Program-made: the position numbers and the translations under genes | Shown: positions 55,724-61,361 of the stretch, piece by piece | How positions within the stretch are numbered: position 1 is the stretch's first letter | Layout of the letters: every line of letters starts with the position of its first letter | Assembly (NCBI GenBank): GCA_021780195.1 | Contig: JAJXZE010000013.1 | Span: forward strand, 1-61,361 | DNA from: a bacterium | GTDB lineage: Bacteria > Patescibacteriota > Minisyncoccia > UBA6257 > 2-01-FULL-56-20 | Direction: 5' to 3' | Length of the DNA: 61,361 bases | Notes under the pieces: model-generated | Seen by the model: only the letters and a program-made list of their open reading frames with translations | Told to the model about the DNA's origin: nothing | Database searches by the model: none

Positions 55724-56721
55724 AGGACTCGCGCTACCAGTTCCTGCTCCTCGCGGGCGTCGTGGTTGCGGCACTCGTCTTCCGATTCGCGTACGATGCG
55801 GCCTCGCCCGCCGCGCTTTCCGAAGCGGCGGCACCTGCCTCCGCGTCTGCCGCAATGGACAGCATCGCCGCAATCGCGGGACCAGGAAATGCGTTTGCGC
55901 CGTCTTCCGGCAACGCGGCGGGCAGTGCCGCGGGTTTCAATGCGGCCGCGGCAACTTCTTCGGGCCCGTCCATGTACGTGCGCGCCGGCGATGCGCCCGC
56001 GCCGACGTTCGATGATGCCGCGACCCTGGTTGCCGACCTCACGACGGGGACCGTTTTCGAAGCGACGAATCCTGACCGCCGCTGGCCGACCGCGTCGCTC
56101 GCCAAGCTCATGTCCGCGACCATCGTGGAGGACAAGATCGATCTCACGACGCAGGTTTCGATCACGAGCCAGATGTTCGCGGCGGATCCGTCGGAGCCCG
56201 TGCTCGCGGTCGGCGGGACGTATACCACGGCGGACCTCCTGCACCTGATGCTCCTGCCCTCGTCGAACGTGGCGGCCGAGGCCGTGGCGTGGTTTTACGG
56301 CCACGGCGCGTTCCTGAATGAGATGAATGCGCGCGCGACGGCGTGGGGGATGACGAGCACGTATTACAACGATCCCTTCGGCATCTCCGCCGCGGACCAG
56401 TCGACGGCGCACGATCTCATGCTCCTCGCGCAAAAGATCTATACCGACTATCCGCAGATCCTCGCCGTCACCCGCACGCCGGTCTGGACCGTGACGGACC
56501 TCGCAACGGGCGGGAAGACCGTGATCCGGAGCATCAACGATTTCGCGGGCGGGCCGACCTTCATCGGCGGCAAGACCGGCCATACGCCCCAGGCCGAGGG
56601 TAACCTGATTTCGATATTCCGGTATGACGATTATCCGGTGCTCGTGATCGTCCTCGGAACGAATAACCGCTTCAATGACACCCAGGAGCTGTACGATTGG
56701 TTCAAAGCGAACTATAAATAA
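55720..56721 (+). CDS. D-alanyl-D-alanine carboxypeptidase (PBP5/S11-like serine peptidase)
   Basis: SxxK (SLAKLM), SxN (PSSNV) and KTG (GGKTGHT) motifs, with an N-terminal TM anchor. Confidence 0.85.
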   Translation: MKDSRYQFLLLAGVVVAALVFRFAYDAASPAALSEAAAPASASAAMDSIAAIAGPGNAFAPSSGNAAGSAAGFNAAAATSSGPSMYVRAGDAPAPTFDDAATLVADLTTGTVFEATNPDRRWPTASLAKLMSATIVEDKIDLTTQVSITSQMFAADPSEPVLAVGGTYTTADLLHLMLLPSSNVAAEAVAWFYGHGAFLNEMNARATAWGMTSTYYNDPFGISAADQSTAHDLMLLAQKIYTDYPQILAVTRTPVWTVTDLATGGKTVIRSINDFAGGPTFIGGKTGHTPQAEGNLISIFRYDDYPVLVIVLGTNNRFNDTQELYDWFKANYK

Positions 56722-56724
56722 ACC

Positions 56725-57777
56725 ATGCTTCTTGAACAGACCGTCCGCATTATTGTGCTCACGACCATCGGATTCGTCACGGCGCTCATCATCACGCCGT
56801 TCTGGTACCGTTTCCTGAAAGCACGGCATTTCGGAAAACAGATCCGCGACGGCGCGGATACGCCGGTCTTCCATGAACTTCACAAGAACAAGGAGGGAAC
56901 TCCGACGGGCGGCGGCGTCATCATCTGGTCCACGGTGATCATCCTCGCGATCGTTTTCGGCGTGATGAATCCGCTCGTGGACGGCGGCTTTTGGCACTAT
57001 CTGAATTTCATCAACCGCGCGGAAACGTATCTGCCGCTCGCGGCGCTTCTCCTTGCGGCCGTCCTCGGCCTCGTGGACGACTGGTTCGGCGTGCGGCGCA
57101 TCGGCGGCGCCTCGGGCGGGGGACTCAAGGTGCGGCAGAAATCGCTCCTCTATCTCGGTCTCGCGCTCGTCGGGGCATGGTGGTTCTATTTCCGCCTCGG
57201 GTGGGACGTCATCAACGTGCCCTTCCTCGGCAACTTCCAGATCGGCTGGTGGTACATCCCAATTTTTATCTTTATCGTGTTTGCGTCGGCATTTTCCGCG
57301 AACGAAACGGACGGCTTGGACGGCCTCCTGGGCGGCGTCTCGCTCTTTGCCTTCGCCGCGCTCACGACTGTCGCCTTCGTGCTCCACCGATATGACCTCG
57401 CCGCATTCGGCGGCGTGATGGTCGGGGCGCTTCTCGCGTTCCTCTGGAACAACATCTATCCCGCGAAGTTCTTCATGGGGGACACGGGTTCCATGTCCCT
57501 CGGCATCACGATCGGCGTGATCGCCATGCTTACGAACACCGCGCTCCTCCTCCCGTTCTTCGCGTTCATTCTCGTCGTCGAATCGGGATCCGTTCTCGTC
57601 CAGCTTACATCAAAGAAGCTCCGTCGCGGGAAAAAGATCTTTCGCTCCACTCCCATCCACCATCACTTTGAAGCCCTCGGCTGGCCGGAATCGCAGGTCA
57701 CTATGCGCTTCTGGATCGTCTCCGCCATCATCTGCGCCCTGGGCCTCGTCATCTTCTTCCTGTCGCGCGCGATGTAG
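56725..57777 (+). CDS. mraY: Phospho-N-acetylmuramoyl-pentapeptide transferase
   Basis: NETDGLDGL, MGDTGSMSLG and PIHHHFE motifs with 10 TM helices. Confidence 0.95.
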   Translation: MLLEQTVRIIVLTTIGFVTALIITPFWYRFLKARHFGKQIRDGADTPVFHELHKNKEGTPTGGGVIIWSTVIILAIVFGVMNPLVDGGFWHYLNFINRAETYLPLAALLLAAVLGLVDDWFGVRRIGGASGGGLKVRQKSLLYLGLALVGAWWFYFRLGWDVINVPFLGNFQIGWWYIPIFIFIVFASAFSANETDGLDGLLGGVSLFAFAALTTVAFVLHRYDLAAFGGVMVGALLAFLWNNIYPAKFFMGDTGSMSLGITIGVIAMLTNTALLLPFFAFILVVESGSVLVQLTSKKLRRGKKIFRSTPIHHHFEALGWPESQVTMRFWIVSAIICALGLVIFFLSRAM

Positions 57778-57787
57778 GGAAAGCGCC

Positions 57788-57847
57788 GCGGAGAGAATGC
57801 CTCGCCGTCGTGGGCTCCCTTTAACGCCGTCTCGGCATTCTCTCCGC
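57788..57847 (+). terminator. Long-stem hairpin after mraY (terminator-like, weak T tract)
   Basis: Perfect 14-bp arms GCGGAGAGAATGCC (57788-57801) and GGCATTCTCTCCGC (57834-57847) around a 32-nt loop. Confidence 0.4.
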
Positions 57848-57853
57848 TTCAAT

Positions 57854-57881
57854 TTGACGCCCCGCGCCCTTCTGTTATACT
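57854..57881 (+). promoter_or_regulatory. Sigma-70-like promoter TTGACG-16-TATACT, 9 nt upstream of the rpsB ATG
   Basis: -35 at 57854-57859 and -10 at 57876-57881, with the ATG at 57891. There is no SD between them. Confidence 0.5.
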
Positions 57882-57890
57882 ACCTCTCGT

Positions 57891-58688
57891 ATGTCAGACG
57901 AGAACCTCATTGAAAGCGAACAGGCGTATCCTGCCGAAGCGTCCCGCGAACTGATCGACGCGGGGGTTTTTTACGGCCGTAAGAAGAGCAAGACGAATCC
58001 CAAGATGCGCCCGTACGTGCTCATGAACCGCGGCGGCATCGAGATCATCAATCTCCAGAAGACCGCCGAGCTCATGGAGAAAGCTACCGCGGCCATCCGC
58101 GAAAAAGTGAGCAAGAACGGCCTTGTCCTCCTTGTGGGAACCGAACCCTCCGCCGAAGCGTCCATCACGGGCATCGCGAAGAGGTTCGGCCTCCCGTATG
58201 TCACCGGGCGCTGGGTGGGCGGCGCGATCACGAACTTCAAGATCATTGCGCTTCGTATTGAGCACATGAAGAAGCTTCGCACGGATCTCGCGTCCGGTGC
58301 GCTCGTCGAAAAATACACCAAGAAAGAGCGCCTGGGTCTCGAGCGCGAACTTGCGCACCTCGAGGAGCTCATGGGCGGGCTCGAAAACCTCACGCGTGAG
58401 CCGGATCTCGTGATCATGGTGGACCCAGTCATGCACCGCACTGCCCTCCGCGAAGCGCGCGTGAAGAAGATCCCGATCGCGTCGCTCGCGAACGTGGACG
58501 CGGATCCCGATGAGGTGGATCATCTGGTTCCGGGCAATGACCGCGCCCGCGCGAGCATCGAGTGGTTCTTCGGCAACGTGGAGAAGGCAATCGAAGAGGG
58601 CATCAAGCTGAGGGTCATCCCTGAGGCGGCAGGAGAAGGTGCGGGAGCCGCGCCCGTATCCGCCGCGCCCGCGGTGAGTGCCGAATAA
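57891..58688 (+). CDS. rpsB: 30S ribosomal protein S2
   Basis: Typical uS2 sequence (AGVFYGRKKSKTNPKMRPYV...) with an A/G/P-rich C-terminal tail. Confidence 0.95.
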   Translation: MSDENLIESEQAYPAEASRELIDAGVFYGRKKSKTNPKMRPYVLMNRGGIEIINLQKTAELMEKATAAIREKVSKNGLVLLVGTEPSAEASITGIAKRFGLPYVTGRWVGGAITNFKIIALRIEHMKKLRTDLASGALVEKYTKKERLGLERELAHLEELMGGLENLTREPDLVIMVDPVMHRTALREARVKKIPIASLANVDADPDEVDHLVPGNDRARASIEWFFGNVEKAIEEGIKLRVIPEAAGEGAGAAPVSAAPAVSAE

Positions 58689-58707
58689 TTTTTTAACATC
58701 CGCACAC

Positions 58708-59169
58708 ATGGCGAACGAAAAAAACGTGAGCATGGAAGAGGTGCAGAAACTGCGCGCGGAGACGGGCGCGGGCGTGATGGATTGCCGTAAGGCGCTCATC
58801 GAGGCGAACGGCAACTTCGAGAAGGCGAAGGCCGTGATCCGCGAGAAGGGGCTTTCGAAGGTGGAAAAGCGCGCCGATCGCGCGACCGGCGCAGGGCTGG
58901 TTCATTCCTACGTCCATAACGGCCGCATCGGCGTCCTCGTGGAGGTTCGCGCCGAGACCGACTTCGTGGTCCGTTCGGAACCGTTCCAGGAGCTCGCGCA
59001 CGAGCTCGCGATGCACATCGCGGCCGCCGCCCCCGCCAACGTGGAAGAGCTTCTCGCCCAGCCCTACGTGAAGGACGAATCGCGCACGGTGAAGGACGTG
59101 GTGAACGAGGTGATCGCGAAGACCGGCGAGAACGTTTCCGTGAGCCAGTTCGCCCGGATCGAGGCATAG
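58708..59169 (+). CDS. tsf: Elongation factor Ts, minimal 153-aa form
   Basis: UBA-like N-terminus (VQKLRAETGAGVMDCRKALIEANGNFEKA), TDFV motif (RAETDFVVRSEPFQELAHELAMHIAA) and the C-terminal IAKTGENVSVSQFARIE. Confidence 0.9.
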   Translation: MANEKNVSMEEVQKLRAETGAGVMDCRKALIEANGNFEKAKAVIREKGLSKVEKRADRATGAGLVHSYVHNGRIGVLVEVRAETDFVVRSEPFQELAHELAMHIAAAAPANVEELLAQPYVKDESRTVKDVVNEVIAKTGENVSVSQFARIEA

Positions 59170-59184
59170 CGGTATACTTACCTC

Positions 59185-59529
59185 ATGGTAGAGATTATTT
59201 TTACGTGCGCGCTCATGGTATCGCTCGGCGCGATGCTGTATCTTATGGTGCGCGCCCTGCCGCGGATCGCGGAAGAGCCGCCGGCGGAAAAGCGCGGCCT
59301 GCTTGATCGCTGGGCGCACTCCGAGATCCCCGAGAGAGTGGACCGCGCGCTGAACGGATTCCTCCTCAAGTTCCTGCGACGCTTCCGGGTGTTCGTACTG
59401 AAGATCGACAATGCACTTGCGGGCCATCTCCAGCGGGTGAAACCGGAGGATGCGGACAAGAGGCCGGCCATTGATTTTAAGGAGATTGCGGGGCAGGGGA
59501 AAGAAGAGAGAGAGGACGAGAGGAGTTAA
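59185..59529 (+). CDS. Hypothetical membrane-anchored protein (114 aa)
   Basis: N-terminal TM helix and a charged C-terminus. A TATACT box at 59173-59178 lies 6 nt before the ATG. Confidence 0.45.
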   Translation: MVEIIFTCALMVSLGAMLYLMVRALPRIAEEPPAEKRGLLDRWAHSEIPERVDRALNGFLLKFLRRFRVFVLKIDNALAGHLQRVKPEDADKRPAIDFKEIAGQGKEEREDERS

Positions 59530-59564
59530 GATATTTTTAATGATTGCTTTGGTATGCTTGAGGC

Positions 59565-60395
59565 GTGCCAAAACGATGGACGAAAAAGGAGGAGTCATTT
59601 TATCGGACGCAAATCCGCATTTTATATATTAATCAGAATAAGACCATCAGTGAGATTGCTAAGATATTAAATATTGGTGAGTCGAGCGTTGGGAAAAGAC
59701 TGCATCGCCTCGGTATTGAGACCGTACCGACGACGAAGCTTCATTATTGCAATCGGAGGACCGACGTGGTGGTTCCATCCAATCGTTCGAATGACCTGGC
59801 AGAATTTTTCGGCATCATGCTGGGTGATGGCCACCTCACTTCATCGCAGGTCTGCGTGACGCTGGGGACGAAAGAAATATCTTATGCCCGACACGTGGCA
59901 CATCTCTATCAACGCCTCTTCGGGGTTCTTCCCAGAGTGTCGGTTTCACGGAAGGGATATGTTGGGGTGTGCCTCTCATCGGTTATAGCCTCCAAGTGGC
60001 TCTCCTCCGAGGGTTTGGTTTATAACAAAGTTAAGTCTCAGGTTGATGTTCCCGGATGGGTTTTTCGGAGAAAAATATGGATCGCAAGATGCGTGCGTGG
60101 TTTCTTTGACACCGACGGATCGATATATTCACTGAGATTCGGCATCCAATTGTCGTTTACCAACGCTTCGCGGCCGCTTCTCTCTTCTTTACAGAGAGCC
60201 CTGAAGCAATTACTATATAAGGTGTCAGAAATAAGCGGGCCACGGTTTTATATTACAAGGTTTGAAGATATCGAAAGATTCTTCACGGAAATCGGACCTC
60301 AGAATAAAAAACACCTGGAACGCTATCGAGCAATTTTACAATCGAGGAGGAGATTAAGCGCAGGTGACGGAGTGGTCAATCGTAGCGCGCTGTAA
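59565..60395 (+). CDS. LAGLIDADG-family homing endonuclease (double motif) with an N-terminal HTH
   Basis: LAEFFGIMLGDGH and VRGFFDTDGS motifs, with HTH TISEIAKILNIGESSVGKRLHRLGI. GTG start. The ORF has no stop before the tRNA and ends at a TAA inside tRNA-Tyr. Confidence 0.8.
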   Translation: MPKRWTKKEESFYRTQIRILYINQNKTISEIAKILNIGESSVGKRLHRLGIETVPTTKLHYCNRRTDVVVPSNRSNDLAEFFGIMLGDGHLTSSQVCVTLGTKEISYARHVAHLYQRLFGVLPRVSVSRKGYVGVCLSSVIASKWLSSEGLVYNKVKSQVDVPGWVFRRKIWIARCVRGFFDTDGSIYSLRFGIQLSFTNASRPLLSSLQRALKQLLYKVSEISGPRFYITRFEDIERFFTEIGPQNKKHLERYRAILQSRRRLSAGDGVVNRSAL

Positions 60396-60443
60396 ACGCG
60401 CCGCCTTCGGGCTACACAGGTTCGAATCCTGTCCTGCGCACCA
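60358..60443 (+). tRNA. tRNA-Tyr (anticodon GUA), long variable arm, CCA encoded
   Basis: Manual fold: acceptor GCGCAGG/CCTGCGC, D arm ACGG-AGTGGTCAA-TCGT, anticodon arm GCGCG-CTGTAAA-CGCGC, variable arm GCC-TTCG-GGC, T arm ACAGG-TTCGAAT-CCTGT, then A-CCA. Confidence 0.92.
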
Positions 60444-60475
60444 TGGAGGCAAATATATAGTGTGGAGAAAGTTGA

Positions 60476-61195
60476 TCATTTTGTCCGATTAGCAATCGAC
60501 CAGAGAAACCGAACTTCTGCGGCGGGCAATTTCACCACCGTGGGATTTTTGGGAATACGTTGCGATTTGGACGAATATGATTCTAGGGGAAGATCGGATA
60601 TCTTTTTTCGGAATAGTTTCCTGTAAAATAAACTAGCGATAAGATAGATTCCCGTGGAATTTGGATGATGCCCATCGCGTTCAAATAAATTCATATCCGG
60701 TCGCTCTTTCATGGCGAGTGCAAAAGCAGGTTCAGTGGAGATCATTTTAGCATGCAATTTTTTTGCCACCGTCGCATAGAGTGCATTTAATTTTTTTGCG
60801 TCTTTGAGAAGACCGATGCCGATGAATGAAGGAGGGCAGTAGAGAATTGTCTTTGCCCCGATCTTTTTGGCTAGCTTATCGAATCGAGCTGCATATGTAC
60901 TAAACACCTGAGGTCTCCCTACGTGAACGACGCCATCTTTAATGATCCCTCCCAAACGTCCTCGTTCCTGGAGAACAACATAATCCCAATTTCTGCTTTT
61001 GAGTTTTTTAATAGCTGGGCCGTCATCCCAGAGCATTTTGAGTGTGGCACCTCCGCGAAAAACACTATCTACAAAAAGATCACCCGAATTCGATACGTGA
61101 GCGAAATGAGCTATCAGTTTTGGCAGACTATGGTAGTAGCTAAAACTGTTTCCGATAAAAAGGATTGATAGTGGGCCGCCTTTCATTTTTGTCAT
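60476..61195 (-). CDS. SGNH/GDSL-like hydrolase family protein
   Basis: Block I LFIGNSFS and block V DGHHPN. Lies in an A+T-richer segment downstream of tRNA-Tyr. Confidence 0.65.
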   Translation of the reverse strand: MTKMKGGPLSILFIGNSFSYYHSLPKLIAHFAHVSNSGDLFVDSVFRGGATLKMLWDDGPAIKKLKSRNWDYVVLQERGRLGGIIKDGVVHVGRPQVFSTYAARFDKLAKKIGAKTILYCPPSFIGIGLLKDAKKLNALYATVAKKLHAKMISTEPAFALAMKERPDMNLFERDGHHPNSTGIYLIASLFYRKLFRKKISDLPLESYSSKSQRIPKNPTVVKLPAAEVRFLWSIANRTK

Positions 61196-61262
61196 TGTTT
61201 CATTTTAGCACAGAATTTTTCTAGGGGAATTGACGCTTGAATTTGCACTCTGATTGCACAGG

Positions 61263-61361
61263 TCAGCCTTTCTGAAATATCTGTCGGGGATTTTTGAATG
61301 CGAGACGCTTCCGTGGCCGGTCGTTCAATATACGGACGACATGGGTAAGTTCTTCGGAAGT
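61263..61361 (-). mobile_element. IS30-family transposase gene, 3' end only (runs off the window edge)
   Basis: The minus-strand frame reads TSEELTHVVRILNDRPRKRLAFKNPRQIFQKG-stop. L-N-x-R-P-R-K-x-L-x-F-K-x-P is the characteristic C-terminal signature of IS30 transposases. Confidence 0.6.

Noticed and set aside
53518-57387. 530-aa and 758-aa minus-strand ORFs across scpA, scpB, dacC-like and mraY
   Set aside because: They are antisense to four motif-supported genes and show Arg-rich artefactual translations.

Overview
61.4-kb, gene-dense and mostly high-G+C bacterial chromosome segment. The gene content fits a reduced-genome Patescibacteria/CPR-like organism: an 83-aa F1 epsilon, a 153-aa EF-Ts, a gamma-only DnaX, Gmad2 and DUF5666-like membrane-anchored proteins, free-standing LAGLIDADG genes and many small secreted hypotheticals. 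That placement is inference and cannot be verified here. Core content: atpA(partial)-G-D-C, gdhA, PGI/PMI, two ECF sigma modules, a YknXYZ/MacAB-like efflux set, DsbB plus thioredoxin, a P-type ATPase, obg, ABC-F, NRAMP, one Liv-type ABC importer with five binding-protein genes, a DEAD-box helicase, dnaX, scpAB, a PBP5-like carboxypeptidase, mraY, rpsB-tsf, tRNA-Gln(CUG) and tRNA-Tyr(GUA). Most long antisense ORFs in the track are high-GC shadow ORFs. Main leads: (1) two LAGLIDADG endonuclease genes each butt directly against the 5' end of a tRNA gene. One has a 1-nt spacer to tRNA-Gln. The other reads 38 nt into tRNA-Tyr and stops on a TAA overlapping the anticodon. (2) A visibly A+T-richer accessory segment (about 47.5-53.1 kb) lies next to tRNA-Gln. 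It holds a three-gene cassette (157-aa unknown, P-loop kinase-like, 433-aa possible split-PIN protein) bracketed by an exact 13-bp direct repeat in its two flanking non-coding gaps. (3) TATAAT-like boxes sit 6-10 nt upstream of many start codons with no Shine-Dalgarno, implying leaderless mRNAs. Several low-GC genes are instead leadered and SD-driven. (4) Three convergent gene pairs share palindromic 4-nt stop overlaps. Several reduced or atypical proteins are also flagged. No CRISPR array, rRNA, integrase or reverse transcriptase was seen. All homology calls rest on motif recognition by eye.
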